A DNA stretch of 63,761 bases, filler included, from Squatina squatina (taxonomy: Eukaryota): NCBI GenBank assembly GCA_031763465.1. It is 4 parts of 3 records of this genome, joined end to end, with 100 filler letters (N's around TTAATTAATTAA, not from the genome) between each part and the next. Parts side by side here need not be neighbours in the genome. Positions count along the whole stretch, not along the records: positions 35,376 to 51,597 come from JARFOE010000016.1; 3 more parts are not named here. One strand, given 5' to 3'. A program made the position numbers and the translations under genes. The notes beneath the pieces are model-generated. The model was not told the DNA's origin and ran no database searches. It saw nothing but the letters and a program-made list of their open reading frames with translations. Position 1 is the first letter of the stretch, and every line of letters starts with the position of its first letter. Below are positions 37,401 through 49,422 of the stretch, piece after piece.

Positions 37401-37623
37401 GAGTGGTGAACCTGTGGAACTCTCTACCACAGGAAGCTGTTGAGGCCAGTTCACTAGCTATATTCAAAAGGGAGTTACATGTGGCCCTTATGACTAAAGG
37501 GATTAGGGGGTATGGAGAGAAAGCAGGTACGGGGGTACTGATCAGCCATGATCGTGTTGAATGGCGGTACAGGTTCGAAGGGCTGAATGGCCTACTCCTG
37601 CACCTATTTTCTATGTTTCTATG
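37401..37623 (+). mobile_element. CR1 LINE 3' end
   Basis: VVNLWNSLPQEAVEASSLAIFKRELHVAL..KGIRGYGEKAG and TTTCTATG tail. Confidence 0.9.
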
Positions 37624-38179
37624 AGGGAGAAAGGAAGAGAAGGATATTGAGATGAAGTAGGGTGGGAGAAGGCTCGTGTGGCCTTTTTCAGTGCTGTAAA
37701 TTCTGTAACACCTTCTAATTGGTCAGTTGATATTAAGCTATATTGGTAATACCATTTATATTTAAAAAAGCAAGTTACTAGTGTCAGTCCAACTGCCCTC
37801 ACAATGTTGCTTAAAGACACCCGAGCCCCATCCTGTGATAAGCGCGGAATGTAACATTTCCTGCGGACCGGGAATTCCACGGGAACGGTGGAGGAACCGG
37901 ACAGCAGGATCGCCGGCTACAGGCACAAGGAGCAGCCCAAATACACGGCCAAAATTGAGGATGAAGTGACTCAGCAGAAGCGGAACCTGGACGACACGTT
38001 TTAACGAAACCTCCGAGAAAGCAAATTCTAAACTGTCACTTAAGTAACTGGAAGTATTTCCAACTGGTCCAAAAGTGGGAGTTTATGGAAAATGGGCATT
38101 AAAGTTTTAATGGGATGGTTATCTTTTTTTGGGGTCGAATGCCATGGATTGTTTTGGGTTGAAGTTACTGCTCCTGCTG

Positions 38180-38287
38180 TTATGTGCCGTTTCCAGAGGA
38201 CTTTGTGGGACTGTGATACAGAATCTTCTCCCTGTGGTCCTCGTATTGTTTCACCATCTTCTGGAGATCGTGGTCTGCAGGGATCAC
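38180..38287 (-). CDS. TK2: Thymidine kinase 2 (mitochondrial), last coding exon
   Basis: CTCTGTTCTAG acceptor; VIPADHDLQKMVKQYEDHREKILYHSPTKSSGNGT* resembles TK2 [23 protein letters not shown]; same strand as and near DYNC1LI2, as at human 16q21-q22. Confidence 0.85.
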   Translation of the reverse strand: MIPADHDLQKMVKQYEDHREKILYHSPTKSSGNGT

Positions 38288-38433
38288 CTAGAACAGAGTA
38301 TTAACAAAATGAGAAGGGGATACGCCTCACAGCCCGAGGACAAGGTCCGAGACATGCCCCACTCAACACGTCCATTGTGCAATGCCAGCCATTCCACTCC
38401 ACCTCATTACAACCAGCTCCGCTCTCCCTCATT

Positions 38434-38536
38434 GAGTGTCAGCAGTGGCTCCGTCGGCAGCGCTCTCACCGCGGAGTCAGAAGTTGTGGGTTCAAGTCCC
38501 ACTCCAGAGACTGGAGTACAAAAATTTAGGCTGACA
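38434..38536 (+). mobile_element. Deu-domain SINE (SacSINE1-like) 5' head
   Basis: GTGTCAGCAGTGGCTC...GAGTCAGAAGTTGTGGGTTCAAGTCCCACTCCAGAGAC tRNA-like A/B boxes; a matching 3' tail type lies at 53680-53792. Confidence 0.65.
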
Positions 38537-39206
38537 NNNNNNNNNNNNNNNNNNNNNNNNNNNNNNNNNNNNNNNNNNNNNNNNNNNNNNNNNNNNNNNN
38601 NNNNNNNNNNNNNNNNNNNNNNNNNNNNNNNNNNNNAGAGCCGGCATGACTTGATGGGCCGATAGGCCTCCTCCTGTGCTGCAATGACTAAGTCAGAATC
38701 CGTATCCCAGCATGAGTCAGGGCCCATGGAAGAAAGTCTAACCGAGCCTCCACTACCAAATCTAAAGACCAGAAAACAAGGGCAAGCGACAGCGGGTCTG
38801 GATTCACATTTATTGAAGCTGGTACGTGGAGACACACATTTTTGTCTTTGTCAGCACTAGAGAAAAAGCAAGATTCCACACAACTGTATCAGGTTAAAGC
38901 CATACACGTGAACTAAATCAGAACTCTCCTCTCAATGTTACAATTTCAGTCTGATATGTGGTACAAAAAAAAGTTTAACCTAATATGGTAAATGGAAAAC
39001 CATATCTCTCCCTCTGAAATTTCCCCTTCATTAAAAAGGTGAACATTAGCACTCATTTCACTTTGTTAAATAACTTTTCATTTAAAAGTGGTTTCTAAAA
39101 TGTCAATTTGTTTTCTGCCAGTAAAATATTTTAAGTGCAAACTTTAAATGGTGAATTAGACGACGCCTGCAAACTTCAACATCTTAAGAGACAACCACAG
39201 GACCTA

Positions 39207-39270
39207 CTACTGGATGTTGAGAAGAGCGCGGGCGTCTTCTGGATAATAATTCCAAGCTCCCAGACCACAC
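39207..39270 (-). CDS. Candidate terminal coding exon, gene unidentified
   Basis: GTTGTAGCAG acceptor; CGLGAWNYYPEDARALLNIQ followed by TAG TAG; AATAAA on the minus strand at 38809-38814. Confidence 0.4.
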
Positions 39271-41714
39271 CTGCTACAACTTCAAACAACACCCAGTGGA
39301 AACAATTTCTTAAATCAACTCTTAGAATTTTATAACTGGGCAGGAGGCCAATAGCCCTGTGGTGCATTTCTGAATCATAGAATAAAATCTTACAGCTCAA
39401 AAAGAGGCCATTCGGCCCATCGTACCTATGCCGGTCCGTTGGTAGAGCTCTTCAATTAGTCCCGCTCTCCCGCTCTCTCCCCATAATAGTTTCCGGTCAC
39501 GGGAAACAGCTTCTCCCTATTTACCCTATCATAGAAACCAAAGAAAATAGGAGCAGGAGTAGGCCATTCAGCCCCTCNNNNNNNNNNNNNNNNNNNNNNN
39601 NNNNNNNNNNNNNNNNNNNNNNNNNNNNNNNNNNNNNNNNNNNNNNNNNNNNNNNNNNNNNNNNNNNNNNNNNNNNNNNNNNNNNNNNNNNNNNNNNNNN
39701 NNNNNNNNNNNNNNNNNNNNNNNNNNNNNNNNNNNNNNNNNNNNNNNNNNNNNNNNNNNNNNNNNNNNNNNNNNNNNNNNNNNNNNNNNNNNNNNNNNNN
39801 NNNNNNNNNNNNNNNNNNNNNNNNNNNNNNNNNNNNNNNNNNNNNNNNNNNNNNNNNNNNNNNNNNNNNNNNNNNNNNNNNNNNNNNNNNNNNNNNNNNN
39901 NNNNNNNNNNNNNNNNNNNNNNNNNNNNNNNNNNNNNNNNNNNNNNNNNNNNNNNNNNNNNNNNNNNNNNNNNNNNNNNNNNNNNNNNNNNNNNNNNNNN
40001 NNNNNNNNNNNNNNNNNNNNNNNNNNNNNNNNNNNNNNNNNNNNNNNNNNNNNNNNNNNNNNNNNNNNNNNNNNNNNNNNNNNNNNNNNNNNNNNNNNNN
40101 NNNNNNNNNNNNNNNNNNNNNNNNNNNNNNNNNNNNNNNNNNNNNNNNNNNNNNNNNNNNNNNNNNNNNNNNNNNNNNNNNNNNNNNNNNNCAGAAGTCC
40201 GCACAATCCCAATCCGTGGTTATCCCCTGGAGAACGCAATGCAAGAAGGTATTTTACATCGAGTAGTGTTTACAATCAGAGAAATAATGTGCCATTTCAT
40301 TAACTGCAGCTAGACAATGGAATGCTCTCCTCAGATACATCTTTTAATGGGAGGGGTGAAGTAAAATAAAAACTTTTTTTCCTTTTCGTCTGGTCTTGTT
40401 TCAAGGTGGCCTAACTCGCTACGGTTCAAGGAAGGCAGGAGCTATCAGTGAATTAAAAAAACAAAAAATGTTCCATTGCTGGATAAAGTAGCTTTTAAAT
40501 TAAAATAAAATAAAACGCTATGAAGCGACTGACCGCTTGTGCTATAGTGCATGTTCGAGTTGAGCGCTTACTATGACACCTGCATGGTGGTGTGTCAGGC
40601 ACTTGTATCCCGCAGGTCCCTCAACCTCTCCCTGTGTCCTCAACATCAAATCATTCCAAGTGCCCTCTAAACATCCCAAAAGTGTTTAAAATTCAAAGAC
40701 ACATTTTGGTCTTCGATCAATCCATGATTTTAAGAGTTGTTTCCCCACCNNNNNNNNNNNNNNNNNNNNNNNNNNNNNNNNNNNNNNNNNNNNNNNNNNN
40801 NNNNNNNNNNNNNNNNNNNNNNNNNNNNNNNNNNNNNNNNNNNNNNNNNTGAGCCCAAAAACTATTATTGAATCCAATTTCACAAATTGCTATGGTGGGC
40901 CGTGAACTCCCCACCTCTGGATTGCCAGTCCAGTACCAGAACCACGAGGTTAACCCCACACTATGAAGTTCCAACTCCAGCAGCACCATCCAATATCACA
41001 AATAGAACAAGGGACAACGCAGACTGGTAGCACTGAAGACAATTCCACCTTGAACAATATGAATAAAAGGCACGAAGTACAATGCAGTTTATCAAGGAAA
41101 AAAAATACCCACTGTCAAGTTCTCTGTGGTCTAACAAACGGCACACCTCTCTCCCACTGATCTGGAGGATCAGGATAAAAGGCAAAAGCAGTGGAGAGTT
41201 ATTTCCTGATGCACAGTGGCTCTCATGCTCTGCATCAGGTCAAAAAAACAGATGTCATACATGCTGACATGAAGTCAACACCTTCAAGGGCCCCTCAAGG
41301 ACTCCAGTTGTCATCAGATTCCTTCATCTCTCTGGTCACTCTCCCACCTAACTCCTTTTTGCAGAGTAGTACACAGTCAAAAGGAAACCCAAATCAGAAA
41401 TTAAAAAATCCAACAGAAGTAGATGTTTTGAACTTTTTGAAGACTCTACTTTTGACAGTGTCAGAAATATCATCCTCCCAGAGAAGCAAATTAATGAACC
41501 CATCACTACAGCCAAGACAGCAACATAGGCTGGACACCACTATAAGCAAGTTACACAGTCATAATAGGTAGAACAGTTCTAAAAACCAACACTAGATGTC
41601 ACTAGCGCTCTGAGCACTACATGGAGCACACCAGTGACACCTGGTAGTGGAACAGACCACCAACATTGCCTCCACTGCATCCAACATTTTAAAAAAATCT
41701 GATCCCATACTCAC

Positions 41715-41945
41715 ATTTCTGTTCCATTTCCCTCATTTCCTCGGGGGGGATTTTCAGTTTGTCGATGTGCTCGCGCAAGACGCTGGCCCATTTCTGCAAA
41801 GAATCCATGATAGTCCAAGGCCTGGCCATGTCTGCCACAAAGACCGCCAGCGTATTCTTCAAGTTGTCCCCAGAAACCGCAAACTTAAGAAGGCCCTTGT
41901 GGTACAGCTCGCCATCGAGAATCCAGACGTTACATCGCGTGTGAT
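41715..41945 (-). CDS. DYNC1LI2: Cytoplasmic dynein 1 light intermediate chain 2, internal exon
   Basis: GTCCACAG acceptor and T|GTGAGT donor; 231 nt, phase 1-1; [77 protein letters not shown] is close to human DYNC1LI2; absent from the ORF track. Confidence 0.95.
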
Positions 41946-42712
41946 CTGTGGACAGACATGCAGCTGGGATTACTCACTCAGATTAAAGAGTAGTGCATTA
42001 ATTATGGGTGACTTTAATCTTCATGTAGATTGGGTTAATCAAATTGGAAATGGTAGCCACGAGAACGAATTCATAGAGTGNNNNNNNNNNNNNNNNNNNN
42101 NNNNNNNNNNNNNNNNNNNNNNNNNNNNNNNNNNNNNNNNNNNNNNNNNNNNNNNNNNNNNNNNNNNNNNNNNNNNNNNNGATGTCTGTGTCTTATCTTG
42201 TGCTCATTAAAATGTTGTGAGAACCATTGTACTAGGCTATGTTAGAAGCCTTCCGAATCTGTCTTTGGTTAAGTGACCCATCTTGCTTTACAGCAGTGGT
42301 AGCCATTTTGTTAACTTAATGTCTAATGTATCCACAGCCAAAATGTGACCACCACATTAACTATTTCAGCACTACCACTACACTGTAATTTACTTAAGTT
42401 TCAATCTTTTGTGTCCAACTTTAACATGGGATACTTGAGGTGAATACCATACCATTCAAAGGAAAGCTAGGCAAGTGCCTGAGGGAGAAAGGAATAGAAG
42501 GATATGCTGATAGGGTGAGATGAAGTAATGTGGGAGAAGGCTCGGTGAAGCATGAACAGCGGCATGGTCCAGTTTGGCCAAATGGCCTGTTTCCGTGTTT
42601 CAATTTCTATGCAATTCTTAAAATTGCTCCTGGAGGCAAACAATGTTCACCTTCAGGGAGCAAAAAATAGAAGCAATCAAGCGTGTCGTGAAGAGCAAGG
42701 GTCCACAATACA

Positions 42713-44498
42713 ATGACTACTGCAGAGTCCACTGACAATCCTGAGGTGGAACAAGAGGAGTCTGAAAATCCAGATGCTTCAAAGGATGAGTTCAAGGCAG
42801 CAGAAGGTGAGCTTCCAGAAACTGAGGCCCCCAAAATAGCCAGTGAAACACCTGCAGAAAAATTGCCTGACTTGGCAGAGGCTGATGTGAAAACTGAAGA
42901 AAAAGCAACTGTCAATGTACCAGCATTGAGTGTCTCTGCTGATCTTGTGCACATCTCTGATGTACAAGAGAGTATAACCTCTACAAATGTGGAAGCAACA
43001 CAACCAGCAGCTGACCAGGCAGAATGCTGTCTAATAACAGAAGCTGAAGTGCAATCCAGCTCTTCTCTGGGTGTTGACTCAAGTGCTGAAGTTCTAGATG
43101 TACTAGTGCAGAGTGAAGGTGAAACTCAAACCAGTGTGACTCCAGATTGCAGCTCCAATGGAGAAACCCAAGAGAAACCAGCTTTAGACAATGTGACTGA
43201 AGCCTCCAAAGACCCTTCAACTGAGAAATCCAGTTTGGATGACCATGCTGCAACAAAACTTGTGGAAGATGGTCAACAATTGGAAGATATTAAAATAGAA
43301 TCTGGTGAAGTTCTTGAGAAAATTTCTGTGGAGAAATTCCATAATGAAATGTCTGAGTTAATTGTAAGCCAGGAAAAAAAATCTGTACAATCAACCCTAA
43401 AAGAGAAAATTGTAAGCTCTGTCCAAGAGACCAAGGCTGAATCTGGAGTAAATGGCATATCCTGCAAAGGAGTTGAGATACCAAAATTGGTTGAAATAAC
43501 TGAAGAAACTCCTATTGATGTTGTATTGAAGAGTGAAATGGCAAGTTGTGCAGACAATATAGAGAAAGCTACAGTTGGACCAGACACTTTGGATGAAGGT
43601 CAGGAAAAAGTAGTGAGTGAATCTCTTCATCCCACTGTCCAAATAGTGGCTGATGTAAAAACAGATCAATCTGCAAAGCATTCAATAAAGAAATCTGACC
43701 ATATGCAAGATGGCTNNNNNNNNNNCCAGCCAGTTGCTGGAGGGATCAGGAAATCTATCTGTAGACACTTCAAGGGAAGACTCTGGCAGTGCACCAAAAA
43801 GTGTGACAGATGTAGTCCAAGCAGAATCAAATGATCCTGTGGCAGCAGAAGTTACTGAAGCCAGGTATGAACAAACTGTGGACACAATTAACCAAGATAG
43901 CATAGAAGAAATATCCCTACTAAAGACCAGTTCTGAACAAATACCAGATATTAAACTAACTGTGTATACTGAAGCTTTACAAGAAAAGGAGAAAATTGAG
44001 ATCCATGCAGAGCCACCCTCTAAGGGGTCTACAAATGAGAAAACTCTTCCTGAAGAAAATATTGTTCCTGATGCTATCTCTGATCCACAGCCACTGAATG
44101 AAGTGCTGGCTGAGAAACAATCCACTTCATGTTCTGTTGAAATGGTGTTGGAAACACCAGTGTCTTCAGATCCAGAAATGGTAAAACTGGATGAAATTTC
44201 AGAGGATCCTGTGCCTGAATCTAGAAGTTCTCCCAATGTTGCAGGACCAAGTCCAACAGCAGTGATCAAGACTGAAGAAACTGAAAATGGGGTAGATGGT
44301 GAAAAAAGCCAGAATGAATCCACTAGCAAGACTGAACAGGACAACATTTCAGAGACTTCAGTTGCAAATGGGACCACTGTAGATGTTGGAGTGGAAGGCC
44401 AAAGTAAATCTACAAGCAAAACTGAAGCGAATGGCCAAAGCAAAGCTACAATTGCTGCAGAGAATCTTCAAGCCAGTACTCCTGAAGAACTGAAGTGA
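42713..44498 (+). CDS. Long acidic Glu/Ser/Thr-rich low-complexity ORF (~590 aa across a 10-N gap), unidentified
   Basis: Two stop-free ORFs (42713-43715 and 43726-44498) with the same composition and GAN-rich codon bias; they fuse if the true gap length is a multiple of 3; ACAATG start context; in-frame stop upstream. Confidence 0.7.
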
Positions 44499-45013
44499 TC
44501 CAATAGTAGAATGTAAAACCATTGAACAAATGAACACAAACCAACCTCTGGCAGAATCTGGGTGTCTCTCATTGGATAATGAAACTCTAAATTCCAATCT
44601 ACTAGATGTGAATGCTGAATGAGTCTAAGCAGAAGCTGCTGAATGCAAGTTTAAGGATGAATCAAAACAGCATGTGGGAAAGTGGAAGATTTGATGGAAT
44701 TTGGATTTTATTCAAACCAGCTAGCACCTAGGTTTGACTTGAGTATAAGACTGAACTTGCTGTGCTGCAAGTAAGACAATGACTCAACTTGCAGTATATG
44801 AATGGACCTGACTGGTTCCATGATCTTACATTTGATGACTTTTACTTGCTACAGATGCCAAAAATCCACAAAGATGAAATCAAGACCCCAGCCTTAGGCC
44901 AATTGTTTGGTGTNNNNNNNNNNNNNNNNNNNNNNNNNNNNNNNNNNNNNNNNNNNNNNNNNNNNNNNNNNNNNNNNNNNNNNNNNNNNNNNNNNNNNNN
45001 NNNNNNNNNNNNN

Positions 45014-45160
45014 AGCCCAAGCCTGAATGTCGTCCAGGTCTTGCTGCAGGCGAGCGTGGACTGCTCCATTGTCTGAGGAGTTGCAAATGGCACCGAACAC
45101 TATGCAGTCATCAACGAACAACCCCACTTCTGATCTTATGATGGAGGGAAGGTCATTGAT
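45014..45160 (-). mobile_element. CR1-clade reverse transcriptase fragment
   Basis: GLFVDDCIVF...RLQQDLDDIQAWA (FADD motif region). Confidence 0.8.
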
Positions 45161-45782
45161 ACCTTGGGATAGAGAGGACTAAATTCACTTGGATAAAAAC
45201 AGAGGGTTGCAGGCACGTTTGGAGCCACACCCCAGTAAGAATCAAGGACCTCAGGAAGGCGGGGGGAAATAAAGATTAAAATGGCAAGCCCAATTGCAAG
45301 CGCAAAAACAGCCATTTGCAATTACCATTGGTGGTGTTTGCTCCCCGACACCCTCCCAACCCAGGGATAGAAATCACCTCACAAGGTAGTCCAATGATAT
45401 AAATGGGCCAACAGACTGTTGAAGACAGAAGTTTGATTTACAAAAGTTAAGCCAACACGAATAAAGCTTTGAACGAGGAAAGCACTGACAAAACTGCTGC
45501 TCCTTCACTGAAATTTCAGAGGTTCATTGCAGTCCATTTCACATCAGTCTAAATAATGCATTAGTCTCCAGAGAGCTGTCAATCTGATAAAACCAGAGAA
45601 TCTCAACTTCAAATGCACAGATCATTAGTACATAATCAGAGTTGAGCTAAANNNNNNNNNNTTATAGTTTAATTGTCCTGAACTTTGCACCTTTGCTATT
45701 TTTGCAAATAAAGTCACTTAGTACTGAATATAAGGCAAATATTGTTCACACAAATTTCAACACATATCCCCAAACCTGTTCT

Positions 45783-47280
45783 AAACAACAACAACTTGCA
45801 CTTACAAAGTGCCTTTAATGTAGAAAAATATCCCAAGGCATTTTATAGAAGTGCAATCAGATGTCTAAAAAGTCGACATCAAGCCACAGAAGGATATATT
45901 AGGAGAAGTGACAAAGAGGTGGGTTTCAAGGAGGTTTGGGGCGGGGGGAATTCAAGAGCTTAGGGACTAGACGGCTGAAGTAGTCAATGCTGGGGCAAAA
46001 GAAGTGGAGGATGCACTATGAAGGGGCTAGGCCATGAAGAGATTTAATCACTAGGATGAGAATTTTACATTTCTGACATCATGGGAATGAAAGTTAGCTA
46101 GTAAGCCAGACAGCACAGGAGTGGTGGATGAGCAGAATTTAATGCAGGATAGGATTCAAGCAGCAGAGGTTTGGATGAACTGAAGTTTATGGAGCGTGGA
46201 GGATGTGAGGCCAGCCAGGAGAGCACTGGAATAGTCAGGTCTGGAAGTGACAAAGCCATGGATGAGGGTTTTACCAGCAGATGGTTGAGGCTGAGACGGA
46301 CGATGTGAAAGAGGTGGAGGTAGCCAGTCTTTGTGATGGAGAGGCTATGGGGTCGGAAGCTGAGCTTGGGGTCAAATATTATGCCAAGGTTGTGAACAGT
46401 TTGATTCAACCTGCGACATTTGCCTGGGAAGGGGTTGGAATTGGTGGCGAGGGTAAAGAGTTGTAAGAAGGTGTAAGAACGGGAAGAGAACCTATTTCTG
46501 TTGGAGCTCTGGGTACGATTGGATGGGTAAAAGTGGAAGCAAGGATAGTCCCACTCAGCTAGACAACGAAGGAGAGTCGTTGGAGGAAGTTGGTTTGGTC
46601 GACTTGTCAAAGGCTGTAGAGAGGTTACTAAGGATATAGAGGGAAAATGCACCGCGGTCAGTCAGAGGGGTTGTTATTTGTGACTTTAATCAGTCATTTC
46701 AGTGCTGTGGCAGGGGTGGAAACACAATTATATAGATTCAAACATGGAGGTGCGGGAAAGATGGGCACATATTTGGGAAGTGAAACACAATCAATGACTG
46801 TGGAGAAGAAAATGAGACCGAACATAGGGTGGTTGTTTGCAAGGACAGAGGGATCAAGGGTGTTTTTTTCGAGGATGGGTGATGATAGCGGTTATGCAAG
46901 GGAGGGTGGGACAGTACCTGATGAGAGGGAATCATTTACAATGTTAATTAGCATGGGCGCCAAGCTGGAAGTTGAGTGGCGAGCGGTTTAGTGGGGTTGG
47001 GGTCAGGAGGGCAGGAGGTGGGTCTCATAGACAAGATGAACTCAGAGGGGAGATTGGAGAGAAAAGAAAGAATGAGATGAGTTCAGGGCTATGGCAGAGA
47101 AGACCCGCAGGGGAAGGATTGGATTGCTGGGAAGGGGAAGGGGAAGGGCGGGATGAGGCAAAGGCAACTGAACCGATGGTCTCAATCTTAGTGACAAGTA
47201 GTCCATGAGCTCCTCGCACTTCTTGTTGGAGGTGAGGGTGGAGGGGCAGGGCAGGTTGGTAGTGGAGAAAAGAAGCTGGG
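45783..47280 (-). mobile_element. L2-clade LINE, degenerate 3' ~1.5 kb
   Basis: HNLGIIFDPKLSFRPH..SITKT.Y.HL..I.RL, KTPLIP and LLVTKIETI fragments; (TTG)n tail at ~45785. Confidence 0.85.
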
Positions 47281-47964
47281 GGTTATTAAAATTAATCGCT
47301 GCAGAAATTGCTAATGAAACTCTCTAGAGTCTTCAAGTTCAGAAACTCCTGACTTCTACCAGTCTCCGCTAATCCTGGCAACAGCCGTGCTTTATAATTC
47401 TCAGTCTAAGTTACCCTCAGTGGATTGCAGATGTAAAAGCAGGAACCTCGGAGCTGCAATGCCACTGGACCTCATTATCATTAAACGGTCAAGAAATTCA
47501 CTCACAAACTGTTTACACTACACCCTTTTCAAGATGAATGTCCAAACTGTGCAGTTTTGGTATTGGCTGCTCTGATGATAATTGACACTCAGCTCTCTAT
47601 TCTCTGTTCCATAGTCTATTGATTATCTATAGTGAGGCACACAGCACTTAAAAGTCCTATCTTTAATGATCATTAAAATTACAAAACAATCAATAAAATC
47701 CAGTACTACAGGAAAAATTGTCAACTTTTTATCACATTTGTGCATTTTCCATGCTGGGAACGCATGTCAGGAAATCTTGGGGAATTCCTGTGATTTCTCA
47801 AAACTCAATCCGTGAACAAGGCTCTGCACCAGAAGTGTGCATTCTGAAAGTCATTCCGAATATATAATAAAATATTTTTAATCACAATTTGATTAAGAAA
47901 AAAAATCCCACCAAACATAGCATTACTGATTTGAATCATTTCACTGATTTTTCTCACTATTTAC

Positions 47965-48071
47965 ATGACCTTGTCCCACAGTTGGTTTAAATGGAGTTAC
48001 ATCGTCTCTTCGCTGTCTGAGGAAAGTGGTAGCACCAGATGCAGATTTCTTCATTGGTGTCAAAAGAAAAT
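47965..48071 (-). CDS. TERB1: Probable TERB1 exon carrying the TRF1-binding motif
   Basis: TGTTGCTTGCAG acceptor; (D)FLLTPMKKSASGATTFLRQRRDDVTPFKPTVGQG; donor after 47970 or 47965 (GTAAAT); LLTP plus basic residues recalls TERB1 ILLTPRRR; lies upstream of DYNC1LI2 on the same strand as in mammals. Confidence 0.5.
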
Positions 48072-48394
48072 CTGCAAGCAACATAATTTGAAAAAAAATT
48101 AGCAATGATGCACTAAGTTGGATAAGTATTGCAAAGAGTTCCTTCAACAGCTCAGTTTGTTAAAGCCCACTGGGCGCCCAATTTGAGTTTCTGGCGCTAA
48201 GGGTCGAATTGAGGAGCGCAAAGCTCAGGTCTTTGAAATTTTTTTTAGATTCGAGCAATTTGACACTTAGAAATAAAAACCTCAGACAGCTTTAAAAAAC
48301 GTGCTAATTTCAGTGCTAAAGGGCCCATGCTTAGCGCTGATTTTCTTACTTTATTTCAGCTGTCGAATTCCTCAGTTGGCCTAACTGCTTCCAA

Positions 48395-48700
48395 TCGCGG
48401 GGGGGGGAGCGGGTCGGTCGGCGGCCCTCCTCGTGAGCCTGGCCAAGTTGGCCATCAACAGGTCCAGGCAGCGGGCGACCGAGGGGGCCGTTTGCCCCGA
48501 CTGCCTGCCTCTCTTCCGCAGCTACGTTCACACCCGGGTGTCCCTGGAGATGGAGCATGTGGTGTCCGCTTGAGGCGTTCCGCGACCGGTGGGCACTGGG
48601 GGGACTGGAATGCATCATTACGGGGGACAATAGGATCTTAATTTGAGCACTGGTTTTTAGTTAAATTTTAGTTGATAGTTTTAGTTAGTTAATCACGGGT
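48395..48700 (+). mobile_element. Tx1-clade (L1-like) LINE 3' end
   Basis: LAKLAINRSRQRATEG..PDCLPLFRSYVHTRVSLEMEHVVS...FRDRWA...ILI*; T-rich 3' UTR. Confidence 0.85.
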
Positions 48701-48819
48701 TATTTGGGGTTTTTTGTAAAAGAGGAATTCCCAGTCATGTGTGGCACAGGTTTAATTCAGTCCTTAAAAGGGAGGTGTATTAATGCTACAGCACCTCATT
48801 GCAGTTGCAAGAAGAAGGA

Positions 48820-49045
48820 ACTGCAAAGCCTTGGAGCGTCCTTGAAGGGAGAGAGCCAGAGATATTCCGATGCGGCTCTGGAGGCACTGGTTGTGGCCTC
48901 TTCCCACAGACTGACAAGAAGCCCTCGCCACACACCTTGTGAAGGCTCTGGCACGAGATAGCCTCCCATGTCACGACCAGTACTGTAGAGCCAAGGACGG
49001 CCATCCAATGCCGAAAGACGTTTAATGACCTCACATGGCAGGTCT
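48820..49045 (+). pseudogene. Second Myb/SANT-like (Harbinger-type) fragment
   Basis: RYSDAALEALV...*RLWHEIASHVTTSTVEPRTAIQCRKTFNDLT; homologous to 31912-32143; internally deleted. Confidence 0.75.
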
Positions 49046-49289
49046 CAGTCACATTTGCCACAGGCTTTATTCAGTACTTAAAGGGGGAAGTGCATTAATG
49101 ATACAGCACCTCATTATCAAGCCACTCATGCTGCAGCTGCAAGTACTGCTGTAGTACAAACCCCTGGCAGAGTGTCAGCAAAGCCATATTAATGAGGACT
49201 GAGCATGAATTTTGCATGCTACCTAGACCATTTTGATGTGGCATAACATCGTTGGGCCTTGGCACTGTCCGTTTCGTGGCCCTAATTCA

Positions 49290-49422
49290 TGGTACTAATA
49301 TTCAGGAGGGACAGACAGAAAGGAAAAGGGGGTGGGGTAGCGTTGCTGGTTAGAGAGGAGATTAACGCAATGGAAAGGAAGGACATTAGCTTGGAGGATG
49401 TGGAATCGATATGGGTAGAGCT
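49290..49422 (+). mobile_element. CR1 endonuclease fragment
   Basis: IFRRDRQKGKGGGVALLVREEI...VESIWVE. Confidence 0.85.

Noticed and set aside
38434-38536. tRNA gene
   Set aside because: tRNA-like boxes run straight into SINE body sequence with no complete cloverleaf; the same applies to 1610-1700.
38129-38665. ORF with signal-peptide-like start (LLLLLLCAVSRGLCG)
   Set aside because: Antisense of the TK2 last exon plus a SINE head and a gap.
39456-40244. 220-260-aa ORFs
   Set aside because: Almost entirely X from a 614-N gap; the many other ORFs crossing 100-N gaps are rejected for the same reason.
41647-42210. 187-aa plus-strand ORF
   Set aside because: Antisense of the DYNC1LI2 exon fused to a CR1 endonuclease fragment (IMGDFNLHVDW) and a gap.
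43682-44443. 253-aa minus-strand ORF and other minus ORFs at 42607-43681
   Set aside because: Antisense shadow of the GAN-rich plus-strand ORF.
45163-45249. Possible 87-nt minus-strand exon (VLDSYWGVAPNVPATLCFYPSEFSPLYPK)
   Set aside because: Weak GAG acceptor, donor abuts a CR1 junction and no recognisable homology; not supportable from sequence alone.
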